Positions 17,799 to 27,062 of a stretch of 64,000 nt of DNA are shown piece after piece. Position 1 is the stretch's first letter; each line of letters begins with the position of its first letter. Position numbers and translations under genes: made by a program. Source of the stretch: Acidobacteriota bacterium (GTDB taxonomy: Bacteria > Acidobacteriota > Terriglobia > Terriglobales > Acidobacteriaceae). The stretch lies in NCBI GenBank assembly GCA_025359885.1, contig JANYDG010000068.1:6177-70176 (forward strand), in the 5' to 3' direction. The notes under the pieces were generated by a model that was not told where the DNA came from, searched no databases, and saw nothing but the letters and a program-made list of their open reading frames with translations.

Positions 17799-20195
17799 AT
17801 GGCATTGCGCGTACGACTGACGAAACCGACGACGCAGCGCGGCTGGGGCAGCCTGCTGCTGCGAGCGGCGCTGGTGTGCGGGGCCATCGTTGCCCTGGTC
17901 ATCTTTGCCGTCGGCGGCTTCTATTATTACCGGTACCAGAGCATCGTGGACGAGCGCCTCAAGCAGCCCCTCTTTGCCACTACCGCCAAAATTTACGCCG
18001 CCCCTCGCGAAGTGCGCCCCGGGCAGAAGCTCACCCTCACCGCGATCGTCAACGAGCTGCGCTCCGCCGGCTACTCCGCCGACGGAGCCTCTCAGCTCTC
18101 GCCGCTCGGCACCTTTACCCACACCAGCGACAGCATCACCGTGCGCCCGGGCCCGCAAAGTTTCCATTCGCAGGATGGCGCCACCATCCACTTTGCCAAC
18201 GGCATCGTCGATGCCATGCAGGACGACCACAGCCAATCACTCTCCAGCTACGAGCTTGAGCCCCTGCTCATCACCGGCCTCAGCGAAGACGCAAACCGCA
18301 CCAAGCGCCGTCTCGTTACTTACGACGAAATGCCGGCGAATCTCGTCCAGGCCGTGCTTGCGATTGAAGACCGTCGCTTCTTTGAGCACAATGGCATCAA
18401 TTTCTGGCGTCTGATGGTCGCCGCCGGGCGCGACGTGCGCAGCGGGCAAAAGCAGCAGGGCGGCTCTACGCTAACGATGCAGCTTGCCCGCGGATTCTTC
18501 CTTTCTCCAGAAAAAAAGCTCAAGCGCAAGCTCATCGAAATCGTCATCACCTTCCAGCTCGAACATCGCTTCTCAAAGAAGCAGATCTTTGAGATGTACG
18601 CCAACCAGATCAACCTCGGCCAGCAGGGCAGCTTTGCCATCAACGGCTTTGGCGAGGCTTCGCAGGCCTACTTTGGCAAGGATGTCAAGCAGCTTTCCCT
18701 GACCCAGTGTGCCCTGCTCGCCGGCATAATCCAGCGACCCAACTACTTCAATCCCTTCCGCCACCCTGACCGGGTACTCGAGCGCCGCAACCTCGTGCTC
18801 GATTCCATGGTTGAAACCGGTGCAATCACGAAGGAGCAGGCTGAGCGGGCCAAGGCCGAGCCACTGCATCTCTCTTCTCAGAGTGTCGATGCCAGCGACG
18901 CCCCCTACTTCGTAGACCTCGTCCGCGAACAGCTCATCCAAAAGCTTGGCGAACGCGACTTTAACCGCGAAGGCCTGCACATCTACACTTCGCTTGACCC
19001 GGACCTGCAACAGGCGGCCACTGCCGCGGTTGAGAATACGGTTCACGTGATTGATACCGAGGTGGATCGCCTCCACGCCAAGCACAAGACCGGCCAGCCC
19101 GGCTCGGCGACCACCTACCCCCAGGTTGCGCTCGTCGCCCTCAATCCCCACACCGGCCAGGTGCTGGCCCTCGTCGGCGGACGCAGCTACGGCAACAGCC
19201 AGCTCAACCACGCGATGGCGCGGCGGCCTACTGGTTCCATCTTCAAGCCATTTGTCTATGCCTCCGCGTTTAACACTTCACTGGCCGGAACCATGCTGCC
19301 AGGCAAGGAGAGCCTTTTTTCGCCGATCACCATGCTCTCTGACGAGCAGACCACCTACGACGTGGGCGGCCAGGAATACACTCCGAAGAACTTCGAGGGC
19401 GAATATCACGAGCAGGTCACGGCCCGCTTTGCTCTTCAGAAGTCGCTGAACAACGCCACCATCGGCCTCGCCTCGCTCGTCGGCTTTGACCAGGTCGCTT
19501 CTCTCGGCCGCGAAGCAGGCGTCAAATCCGCTCGCGGGACACCAGCCGTCGCCATCGGAGCGTATGACGCCACCCCGCTCGATATGGCCGGGGCCTACAC
19601 CATCTTTGCCAACGGCGGTCTGCACCTTGACCCCTGGATGCTGGCCAGCGTGCGCACTCCCTCTGGCGACGTCATCACCGACTACTCGCCCACCTCCAAG
19701 CAGGTGCTCGACCCCCGCGTGGCCTACCTGACCACCAGCCTGTTGCAAAACGTGATCAACGCCGGCACGGGCTACGAAGTGCGACGCCGCGGATTTACCG
19801 CCCCCGCCGCCGGCAAAACCGGCACCAGCCACGACGCATGGTTTGCCGGATACACCAGCAACCTGCTCTGCATCGTCTGGGTCGGCAACGACGACTACAC
19901 TGACATCAAGATTGAGGGTGCACACGCAGCAGCGCCGATCTGGGCTGAATTCATGAAGAAAGCAGTGGCCCTGCCCCAGTACTCCGACACCCACGACTTC
20001 AACATGCCGGAGGGCGTGCAGATGATCTCGGTCGACAAAGCCTCCAACCTCCCCGCAGACGGCAGTTGCTCGGCAGACACCTACACCGCCGCCTTCCTCG
20101 ACGGCACAGTCCCCCAGGAAACCTGCTCTCATCCCAACAACGACAAGCGCAACTTCCTCCAGAAAATCTTTGGCCTGGGTGAAAAGAAACCCTGA
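17799..20195 (+). CDS. mrcA: PBP1A-family bifunctional penicillin-binding protein (transglycosylase/transpeptidase)
   Basis: N-terminal TM segment, GT51 motifs (AIEDRRFFEHNGI, GGSTLTMQLAR) and transpeptidase motifs (SIFKP, KTGT). Confidence 0.85.
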   Translation: MALRVRLTKPTTQRGWGSLLLRAALVCGAIVALVIFAVGGFYYYRYQSIVDERLKQPLFATTAKIYAAPREVRPGQKLTLTAIVNELRSAGYSADGASQLSPLGTFTHTSDSITVRPGPQSFHSQDGATIHFANGIVDAMQDDHSQSLSSYELEPLLITGLSEDANRTKRRLVTYDEMPANLVQAVLAIEDRRFFEHNGINFWRLMVAAGRDVRSGQKQQGGSTLTMQLARGFFLSPEKKLKRKLIEIVITFQLEHRFSKKQIFEMYANQINLGQQGSFAINGFGEASQAYFGKDVKQLSLTQCALLAGIIQRPNYFNPFRHPDRVLERRNLVLDSMVETGAITKEQAERAKAEPLHLSSQSVDASDAPYFVDLVREQLIQKLGERDFNREGLHIYTSLDPDLQQAATAAVENTVHVIDTEVDRLHAKHKTGQPGSATTYPQVALVALNPHTGQVLALVGGRSYGNSQLNHAMARRPTGSIFKPFVYASAFNTSLAGTMLPGKESLFSPITMLSDEQTTYDVGGQEYTPKNFEGEYHEQVTARFALQKSLNNATIGLASLVGFDQVASLGREAGVKSARGTPAVAIGAYDATPLDMAGAYTIFANGGLHLDPWMLASVRTPSGDVITDYSPTSKQVLDPRVAYLTTSLLQNVINAGTGYEVRRRGFTAPAAGKTGTSHDAWFAGYTSNLLCIVWVGNDDYTDIKIEGAHAAAPIWAEFMKKAVALPQYSDTHDFNMPEGVQMISVDKASNLPADGSCSADTYTAAFLDGTVPQETCSHPNNDKRNFLQKIFGLGEKKP

Positions 20196-20242
20196 CCCTG
20201 AACCCTGACCCTGAACCCTGACCCTCAACCCTGAACCCTGAA
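20190..20242. repeat. Eight tandem CCCTGA(A) units starting at the PBP1A stop codon
   Basis: ccctga ccctgaa ccctga ccctgaa ccctga ccctcaa ccctgaa ccctgaa. TGA triplets at 20193, 20199, 20206, 20212, 20219, 20232 and 20239 cover all three frames. Confidence 0.85.
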
Positions 20243-20256
20243 TACCGGAGCCACTC

Positions 20257-20652
20257 ATGATCACCCTCAAAGACGCAAAGCGCATCATCGAAGCGGCTGA
20301 AGCCAAGTCCGCTGAAATCGGTCAACCCATGAACATCGCCGTTGCCGACGCTGGCGGCAACCTTGTCGCCCACGTTCGTATGGACGGAGCCTGGATTGGC
20401 TCGGTCGACATCTCCATCAAAAAGGCCTACACCTCACGCGCCTTTGACATCGCGACCAAAGACCTCGCGACTCATTCGCAGAGCGGCAACCAGTTCTTCG
20501 GCATCCACGCCTCGAACGATGGGAAGATCATGATCTTTGCCGGCGGCATCCCGCTCAAGCAGGATGGAGTTGTCGTGGGCGCAATCGGCGTAAGCGGCGG
20601 CAGCGGCGACCAGGATCACGCGGTGGCTGAGGCCGGTGCAGCCGCGCTGTAG
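20257..20652 (+). CDS. GlcG/HbpS-like heme-binding protein (DUF336)
   Basis: MITLKDAKRIIEAAEAKSAEIGQPMNIAVADAGGNLVAHVRMDGA... and GAIGVSGGSGDQDHAVA are characteristic of the family. Confidence 0.75.
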   Translation: MITLKDAKRIIEAAEAKSAEIGQPMNIAVADAGGNLVAHVRMDGAWIGSVDISIKKAYTSRAFDIATKDLATHSQSGNQFFGIHASNDGKIMIFAGGIPLKQDGVVVGAIGVSGGSGDQDHAVAEAGAAAL

Positions 20653-20662
20653 GTTGGAGGAT

Positions 20663-20688
20663 CCCAGGTCTGAAAATCCAGACCTGGG
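20663..20688 (+). terminator. Perfect 10-bp hairpin downstream of the glcG-like gene
   Basis: CCCAGGTCTG-aaaatc-CAGACCTGGG, 11 nt after the stop codon. No clear T tract follows. Confidence 0.45.
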
Positions 20689-20917
20689 CACCCTGTACCC
20701 GGCTAGAAAATCGCAACGTTCGTCGAATAAAGACTCCTTGCCCCTGGCAGCGCGCCCATCTACTCGCCAGCGCATGCGGCATCGCCGCCCGACCGTGCAG
20801 CGAAGCCATTGAACTGATCGACTACGAGCGGATGGAAGTCAGAAGCCCCGGTTGCCGGATCTGGACCGGGGCTTTGCCTCCAGGCAAACGAAGCTCGTGC
20901 GGGAGGGTTCGCGGATG

Positions 20918-21760
20918 TTAATCAGCCACGAGCGGCTGGCATGTGGGGCACCAGTAGGTGGAGCGCGCATTGGGCCCTTGCAGGCAGCGCTCGATGGCTG
21001 TGTTGCAGCGGCGGCAGGGTTGGTTCTTGCGGCCATAGACCCACAGGCTTTCGCCGGGATTGGCATTGTTTGTCGTGCGGCGGTGCCGCCCGCTGAAGGT
21101 GACGATCTGGTCGCTGGAATCCTCGAGAACGTTTGCCGCTAGCAGCCGCCGCGCCGTCGCCACGATGTTCCCGGCCTGCGCTGCAGTGAGCGATGCGACC
21201 CTGGCAAAGGGGCTGAGGCCCTCAAGAAAACAGATCTCCGACTTGAAGACATTCCCCACGCCGGCCAGCACTGTCTGCCGCAGCAGGGCGTGGGCCAGCT
21301 CATCATCAGCGCAGGCCAGCAACCGCTTGACCGCAGCCGAGGCGTCAAACTCTGCCCTGAGAATGTCATTTGCCGCTTGCGGAATCGCCCGCTCCCGCCG
21401 CAGCGACTCTTCCGTATAAATCTTTGCCACCGGGACGCGAAACGCCACCGCGACAAAGTCCGCCGTCTCAAGCAGGATGCGCGCATTGGCTCGCGGCTGC
21501 TGCCAGCGCTCGCCCGGCCGGTAAATATGCCAGCTTCCGCTCATCAGCATGTGCGTGGCCAGGATCAATTCGCCAGAAAAGTGAATGAGCAGCCACTTGC
21601 CCCGCGCCTCAATGTGCTCGACCGTCTGGCCGACAAACGGCGATTGGTCGTGAGCCCGCGCAATCTGCGCATACCCGGTCTGGAACGTGGTAATCCGCTT
21701 CCCGGTCAATGCTCGACCGAGTGCCCTCGCAGTCCGATAGATTGTGTCGCCTTCAGGCAT
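20918..21760 (-). CDS. nei: Fpg/Nei-family DNA glycosylase (endonuclease VIII-like)
   Basis: The N-terminal MPEGDTI places the catalytic Pro2/Glu3. A C-terminal zinc finger CRRCNTAIERCLQGPNARSTYWCPTCQ is present. Confidence 0.8.
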   Translation of the reverse strand: MPEGDTIYRTARALGRALTGKRITTFQTGYAQIARAHDQSPFVGQTVEHIEARGKWLLIHFSGELILATHMLMSGSWHIYRPGERWQQPRANARILLETADFVAVAFRVPVAKIYTEESLRRERAIPQAANDILRAEFDASAAVKRLLACADDELAHALLRQTVLAGVGNVFKSEICFLEGLSPFARVASLTAAQAGNIVATARRLLAANVLEDSSDQIVTFSGRHRRTTNNANPGESLWVYGRKNQPCRRCNTAIERCLQGPNARSTYWCPTCQPLVAD

Positions 21761-21768
21761 GTGCTCTC

Positions 21769-21844
21769 AAGTGTGAGTGGAGAGTGTGAGTGTGAAAAAC
21801 CGGTCAGCCGTTGCCTTTCAAACTCACACTCTCCACTCACACTT
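21769..21844. repeat. Perfect 23-bp inverted repeat (GTGTGAGTG family) between the lhr stop and the nei start
   Basis: AAGTGTGAGTGGAGAGTGTGAGT (21769-21791), a 30-nt loop, then ACTCACACTCTCCACTCACACTT (21822-21844). It begins 4 nt from the lhr stop codon. Confidence 0.85.
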
Positions 21845-21847
21845 CCT

Positions 21848-24800
21848 TTAATCCGGCCGTGTAAGCGCCGGGCGATTTTTGGCTGCCTCCTGCGGAGAGA
21901 GCCTAGGTTGCGGAACACTTGACGTCTGGCTGGTAAATCCGATCCGTGGCGGCAGACTTGCAGGCCTGCGCAAGTGCATTCCCAGCGGTCCGGGATGAAA
22001 ACCAGCGTCGTGCAGCGCCCGCGCCATGGGATGCACGGCGACCGCCAGGCCGTTGACGGTGCTGATCAGGTAACCGCTGTGATGGCTTCCGGCCTGATCT
22101 GCTGCCAGCCGCGAATGGCCCTGTTCGGCGAGAAAGCGGGCCAGCCCCTCAGCGATATGGGAGCGCTCCGGCTCGTCCGCGGGGAGAAAAACCAGCAGGT
22201 TTGGATTGCCCCGCCGCAGCCACGCAACCAGGCGTCCAGCGCATAGCACGACCTGGGCATAGGCGGCGCGGGTAAGCTGGCGCGGCGCAGACTCAGTATC
22301 CTCGGCCTCGGCGGGCAAATCCGGCCACTTCAACGTGCTGCCGTAGGGGTTTGCCGGGTCGGTAGCGGCGAGCAGCACAAACTCAGCCTTGCCTGGTTCC
22401 TGGGGAGCATTGCGCAGCGAACGCAGCAAATCAACGGCAGCCGGCAGCGCAAACTGCGTCGCGCCCAGCCCTGCGACGAAGTAGCCCCGGCGAATCCGCC
22501 CGCTCTCTTCGAGCGCCTTGAGCACCGGGTAGATGGCCGAGAAACCGCCCACGATATTCTCAGCCGCCGCACACTCGCGCAGCAGAATTCCGTAGCGATT
22601 CAGCAGTTGCAGCGCCAGCGCATGCGTCGCCTCGGTCGCCGAAGGCATGAGCAGGCTCTGCGCCGCTTTCCGTCCCTCAGCAAGTCCATTCACCAGCGCC
22701 CAGCGCCCCTGCGCGGTCGCCGGCACAGTCCGCCGCGAACGAAAGTTCCCCTGCGCAGGCAGCTTTCTCGGCCCGCGCGCCGACTCTGCCCGCGCAATAT
22801 AGGCCCGCAGCGGATGCAGCGAATCGTTGGTCACCAGCCCGCGCCACACCAGGGACCACAGCGCGTCCAGCGATTCACCGGGGAAGCCGCCGCCAACCGC
22901 ATCGTGCATCTGCTGGAAGAAGCTTGCGCCGCTGGCTCTGAGGACGGCCAGCAACTGTTCTTCCCTCTCCGTCATGGGTTCAGGATTGGGCCGGGGCATG
23001 GCCAGCAGCGGCAGTTTGTCGGCAAGATACAGCGCAATCCGGCCGTCACGCTCGCCGAGCGGCTCGACGCCGGTCCAGGCAACTTCCCCGGCAGCGACCA
23101 GGGTATCCAGGTCGCCCGGCTGATAGCCGAGAATGCGCGCAGGCAGAATACTTGTCTCAAGCAGCGAAGCCGCAATGGGCGCGCCTTGCAGACTCTCAAT
23201 GACATCGAGCAGCGCGTCCATTCCGCGGCGCGGCGTCAGCAATCCCTGCCAATGGGTGAGGAAGCGAGCCAGCGTTTGCTGCTCCACCGGCTCAACCTCT
23301 TTGCGCAGCCGCGCCAGCGACTTGCGCCGGATGATGCGCAAAATCTCTGCGTCGCACCACTCCCGATGCAAGCCGCCGGGCCTGAAGCCGCCCTCGACGA
23401 TGCGGTTTTCGGTGCAGAGCAGATTGAGCGTGCGCTCGGTTTCGGCGAGGTCCAGGGCAAATCGATTGGCAACTTCCTCAAGCGTGAATGGCCCATGAGT
23501 GCGCGCATAGCGCCGAACCAGCTCCACCACGGGATGTGCGACGGTCGCAAGCAGCGCGACGGGAATCCCCGGCGGAAGCGGAATGCCCAGGCCGTCGCGG
23601 TAGCGGGCGCAGTCTTCAATGGCGATGAGGCGCTTCTCTCCGGCGATGCGCAGCTCCAGCAATCGGCGCGACCGGATGAGCCTCTGCACCGCCTCAAGCA
23701 GCGCAGCATCGGTAACGCGCAGCGCCAGTTCCGCCTGCGTCAGGTCGCCGAGCCGGAGGAGCAAATCCTGCAGGCCGTCGGCGGTGCGGGCGCGGAATGG
23801 GTCAACGAGGCATTGCTGCTGCTCTTCGACCTCGGCAATCGCTTCCGGGTCAAGCAACTCGCGCAAGTCAGCCTCGCCGAGCAGCTCGCGAAGCTGATCC
23901 TGATCAATGGTGAGCGCCTGCGCCCGGCGCTCCGCCAGCGGGGCGTCGCCGTCATAGAGAAAATTGGCGACGTAGCTGAAGAGCAGCGACGCGGCAAAAG
24001 GCGATGGCGTTCGTGTATCGACCACGTGGACACGAAGCTGCCGCTGCTCGATGCCGCGCAGCGTTTCAATGAGCGCAGGCATGTCAAACACGTCGCGCAG
24101 ACACTCGCGATAGGCCTCGAGCAGCATGGGAAAAGCCGGGTAGCGCGAGGCAACCGAAAGCAGGTCATAAGCCCGCTTCCGCTGCTGCCACAGCGGGGCG
24201 CGGCCATCTGCCCGGCGGCGCGGCAGCAGCAGCGCCCGTCCCGCAGCCTCGCGAAAGCGCCCGGCAAACAAGGCTGTACTGCCAAGCTGCCGCAGCACCA
24301 GGTCCATGACCTCCCCAGACTCGACCATGATCCAGTCGGCGGTTGGAGCTTCGTCTGAATCGGGAAAGCGGAGGACAAAGCCATCGTCGCCCCAGAGTGT
24401 TTCAACGTCGGGGCCGCCAGTGGCGCGGATGCGGCTGGCCACGGCCATCGCCCAGGGAATGTGAATGCGGCTGCCAAAGGGCGTAAGCACGCAGACCCGC
24501 CAGTCGCCCAACTCGTCGCGGCAGCGCTCAATGACGATGTTGCGGTCGTCGGAAACCTGCCCGGTCGCTTCGTGCTGGTCGGCGAGGAAGCGCATCAGGT
24601 TTTCAGCAGCGCCGGGGTCGAGGTCGTGGTCGGTGACCAGGCGCGTCAGCGCGGCTGCAGTCGGCAGTGCGCGCAGCTCTCGAACCATCGCCCCGATACG
24701 CCGCCCAAACTCCAGCGGACGGCCCGGCCCCTCGCCCTTCCAGAAAGGCATCTTGCCCGGTTCGCCGGGGGCGGGCGAAACCAGCACGCGGTCGTGGGTA

Positions 24801-26833
24801 ATCTCGTCGATGCGCCAGGTGGTCGCCCCGAGGATGAACGTTTCCCCGGGTCGCGACTCGAAGACCATCTCTTCGTCGAGTTCTCCGACGCGGTGCGATT
24901 TGCCGTCAGAGCCGGAGAGGAAGACGCCGTAGAGTCCCCGATCAGGAATCGTGCCGGCATTCAAAATCGCCAGCCTGGTCGCCCCGTGGCGGGCTGAGAC
25001 GACGTTGCGCATGCGGTCCCAGGTGAGCCGGGGGCGCAGCTCAGCAAACTCGTCTGACGGATAGCGGCCGCTCAGCAGGTCGAGCACGCCCTCAAAAGCG
25101 CCGCGAGAGAGGCCGCCAAACGGCGCTGCCGAGCGCACGATCCGGTAAAGGTCGTCGACTGAGGTTTCGGGCATGTCGTCATTTGCCGCATCGTCGTTGG
25201 CTGCGTCCTCGTCGATTTGCTCGAATTCTTCAAAGAAGCGGCTCCTGGTGTTGGCGGCGGATTTCTTTTGGACGACTCGTTTCCTGGCCTTCTCCGCAGG
25301 GGGCAGGTTGGGGGGGCGGGCGACGATGGCGACCATTTGCTGGCAAAGCACGTCGAGCGGGTTGCGCGGAAAGCGTGTGGATTCAATGTGCGCCTGGTGC
25401 ATGGCGTGGGTCATCGCGGCGCAGGCTACCAGGTCGGCGCGGTATTTGGGGAAGATGATGCCCTCGCTGACCGCTCCCACGGAGTGTCCGGCACGGCCAA
25501 TGCGCTGCATGCCGCTGGCCACCGAGGGAGGCGACTCGATCTGAATGACGAGGTCCACGGCGCCCATGTCGATGCCGAGTTCAAGCGTCGAGGTAGCGCA
25601 GAGGCCGCGTAACTGCCCTGCTTTCAACTGCTCTTCGATGATGCTGCGCTGGTCGGCGGCAATTGAGCCGTGGTGTGCACGGACAATGGGCGGGCTGCCT
25701 TCTTCCGCGGCCAGCTCGTTGAGCGCCCCGGCGAGCCGCTCGGCGACCTGGCGACTGTTCACAAAAAGGATGGTTGAGGTGTGTTCGCGGATGATTTCGA
25801 GCAGGCGCGGGTGGATTGCGTTCCAGATGGAGACGCGTTTGGGGGATTGGGACGCCGGGCCGGAAGGGATTTCTTCCATCTGGCCGAGGCGGGCCATGTC
25901 CTCGACGGGAACTTCAATGCGGAGCTTGAGCTGCTTGGGGGCGCTCGCGTTGACGATGGTGACCGGGCGGTAGCGGATACTCGTGGTCTCGACGATGTCG
26001 GCGGACCAGGCGGGGTCTTCGGGCGCAGGCGGAGAATCGGGCGCGCTGGGACAAAGCACGGCAACCGTCGAAATGGTTGCGGCGAGTGCTGGCAGGTCGG
26101 GCTGCTGGATTGGGACTTCGACGCCGCCGAGGAAGCGGGCGACCTCTTCGAGGGGGCGTTGGGTGGCAGAGAGGCCAATGCGCTGGATGGGTTTTCGGGT
26201 GAGGGCTGCCAGCCGTTCAAGTGAGAGGGCGAGGTGGGCTCCGCGCTTGGTGGGGACGAGAGCGTGGATCTCGTCGATGATGACTGTATCGACGGTGCGC
26301 AGGGATTCCGAGGCCTGCGAGGTGAGCAGCAGGTAGAGCGACTCCGGCGTGGTGATGAGGATTTCTGACGGCGTGCGCTTGAACCGGGCGCGGTCGCGCT
26401 GGCTGGTGTCGCCGGTGCGGATGCTGATTTCCGGGTCATGCACCGGAACTCCCATGCGGCGGGCCATGTTCGCAATGCCGGCGAGCGGCGAGCGCAGGTT
26501 GCGTTCAACGTCAACGGCCAGCGCCTTGAGGGGCGAAATATAGATGATTTTGCAGCCCGCCGACTTGCTGGTCTGCTGGAGCATCAGGCGGTCGAGGCAC
26601 CAGAGGAAGGCGGTCAGCGTCTTGCCGGTGCCGGTGGGGGCGAGGATGAGGGTGCTTTCGCCGCGCGCAATCGCTGGCCAGCCGAGCCGCTGTGGGGCGG
26701 TCGGGGCTTCAAAGACCTCGCGGAACCAGCGGGCGGTGACGGGGTGGAAGCTGGCGAAGGGGTCAGCTGATTCCGCGACGGGAATGGGGACAGGCGGAGG
26801 CGGGATGGGTTTGCGGGGAGCCATGTCTCCCAT
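21848..26833 (-). CDS. lhr: Large ATP-dependent helicase Lhr
   Basis: 1661 aa with SF2 motifs (ILAPTGTGKTL, VIIDEIHAL, GLSAT, HHGSI, QRIGRAGH), followed by the long Lhr-type C-terminal extension. Confidence 0.9.
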   Translation of the reverse strand: MGDMAPRKPIPPPPVPIPVAESADPFASFHPVTARWFREVFEAPTAPQRLGWPAIARGESTLILAPTGTGKTLTAFLWCLDRLMLQQTSKSAGCKIIYISPLKALAVDVERNLRSPLAGIANMARRMGVPVHDPEISIRTGDTSQRDRARFKRTPSEILITTPESLYLLLTSQASESLRTVDTVIIDEIHALVPTKRGAHLALSLERLAALTRKPIQRIGLSATQRPLEEVARFLGGVEVPIQQPDLPALAATISTVAVLCPSAPDSPPAPEDPAWSADIVETTSIRYRPVTIVNASAPKQLKLRIEVPVEDMARLGQMEEIPSGPASQSPKRVSIWNAIHPRLLEIIREHTSTILFVNSRQVAERLAGALNELAAEEGSPPIVRAHHGSIAADQRSIIEEQLKAGQLRGLCATSTLELGIDMGAVDLVIQIESPPSVASGMQRIGRAGHSVGAVSEGIIFPKYRADLVACAAMTHAMHQAHIESTRFPRNPLDVLCQQMVAIVARPPNLPPAEKARKRVVQKKSAANTRSRFFEEFEQIDEDAANDDAANDDMPETSVDDLYRIVRSAAPFGGLSRGAFEGVLDLLSGRYPSDEFAELRPRLTWDRMRNVVSARHGATRLAILNAGTIPDRGLYGVFLSGSDGKSHRVGELDEEMVFESRPGETFILGATTWRIDEITHDRVLVSPAPGEPGKMPFWKGEGPGRPLEFGRRIGAMVRELRALPTAAALTRLVTDHDLDPGAAENLMRFLADQHEATGQVSDDRNIVIERCRDELGDWRVCVLTPFGSRIHIPWAMAVASRIRATGGPDVETLWGDDGFVLRFPDSDEAPTADWIMVESGEVMDLVLRQLGSTALFAGRFREAAGRALLLPRRRADGRAPLWQQRKRAYDLLSVASRYPAFPMLLEAYRECLRDVFDMPALIETLRGIEQRQLRVHVVDTRTPSPFAASLLFSYVANFLYDGDAPLAERRAQALTIDQDQLRELLGEADLRELLDPEAIAEVEEQQQCLVDPFRARTADGLQDLLLRLGDLTQAELALRVTDAALLEAVQRLIRSRRLLELRIAGEKRLIAIEDCARYRDGLGIPLPPGIPVALLATVAHPVVELVRRYARTHGPFTLEEVANRFALDLAETERTLNLLCTENRIVEGGFRPGGLHREWCDAEILRIIRRKSLARLRKEVEPVEQQTLARFLTHWQGLLTPRRGMDALLDVIESLQGAPIAASLLETSILPARILGYQPGDLDTLVAAGEVAWTGVEPLGERDGRIALYLADKLPLLAMPRPNPEPMTEREEQLLAVLRASGASFFQQMHDAVGGGFPGESLDALWSLVWRGLVTNDSLHPLRAYIARAESARGPRKLPAQGNFRSRRTVPATAQGRWALVNGLAEGRKAAQSLLMPSATEATHALALQLLNRYGILLRECAAAENIVGGFSAIYPVLKALEESGRIRRGYFVAGLGATQFALPAAVDLLRSLRNAPQEPGKAEFVLLAATDPANPYGSTLKWPDLPAEAEDTESAPRQLTRAAYAQVVLCAGRLVAWLRRGNPNLLVFLPADEPERSHIAEGLARFLAEQGHSRLAADQAGSHHSGYLISTVNGLAVAVHPMARALHDAGFHPGPLGMHLRRPASLPPRIGFTSQTSSVPQPRLSPQEAAKNRPALTRPD

Positions 26834-26857
26834 TCAGAATAGACCCGGCAGGCAGTT

Positions 26858-26869
26858 GAACGCGGGTTC
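26858..26869. promoter_or_regulatory. GAAC-N4-GTTC palindrome (Cheo/actinobacterial-type SOS-box-like) 25 nt upstream of the lhr start codon
   Basis: ttGAACgcggGTTCgg, read directly in the lhr/dinB divergent intergenic region. Function is not established. Confidence 0.25.
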
Positions 26870-27062
26870 GGAGTTTGACCGCGTAGCGAGTCGCGCCAAG
26901 GGAAGAAATCCACGTCGGACCCAGCGTAAGACAAATCCACACCGTAATCGACTTGGCGAGAATGATTGACATCCCGCGGCCAGCAACCTGGCCCCGCTAT
27001 AATTGCCCGGTCTGCTGCCATTGGCGGGGGGACAAATTGAAATGAGGAACGAGGAGTGGAGC

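Noticed and set aside
16354-17805. 483-aa minus-strand ORF opposite proS. Similar cases are 10190..11701, 52947..54263, 19278..20306, 36343..37413, 38764..39639, 34108..35091 and 13290..14081.
   Set aside because: Each overlaps a strongly supported gene on the opposite strand. All have antisense-type composition and no recognisable domains.
20190-20242. Possibility that the short tandem repeats (here and at 54880..54930) are a CRISPR array
   Set aside because: The units are 6-14 nt with no spacers, and no cas genes are present. They are microsatellite/REP-like repeats, not CRISPR.
20190-20242. Telomere or linear-replicon end, suggested by GGGTCA/GGGTTCA-like repeats
   Set aside because: The array is 53 nt long and sits between two ordinary chromosomal genes. 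It includes a functional stop codon and has no terminal context.
22607-24358. 583-aa plus-strand ORF, along with many other long ORFs (e.g. 24461..24997, 25545..25973), antisense to lhr
   Set aside because: It is Arg/Pro/Gly/Ala-rich and low-complexity, with no motifs. It lies fully inside a well-supported 1661-aa helicase gene on the other strand. This is a typical open antisense frame in high-GC DNA.
26966-27003. Perfect TTGACA and TATAAT hexamers upstream of dinB
   Set aside because: They are 26 nt apart, far from the 16-18-nt sigma-70 spacing, so they cannot work as one promoter. A similar 25-nt pair (TTGCAA...TATAAG) lies upstream of nupC. I make no call on either.
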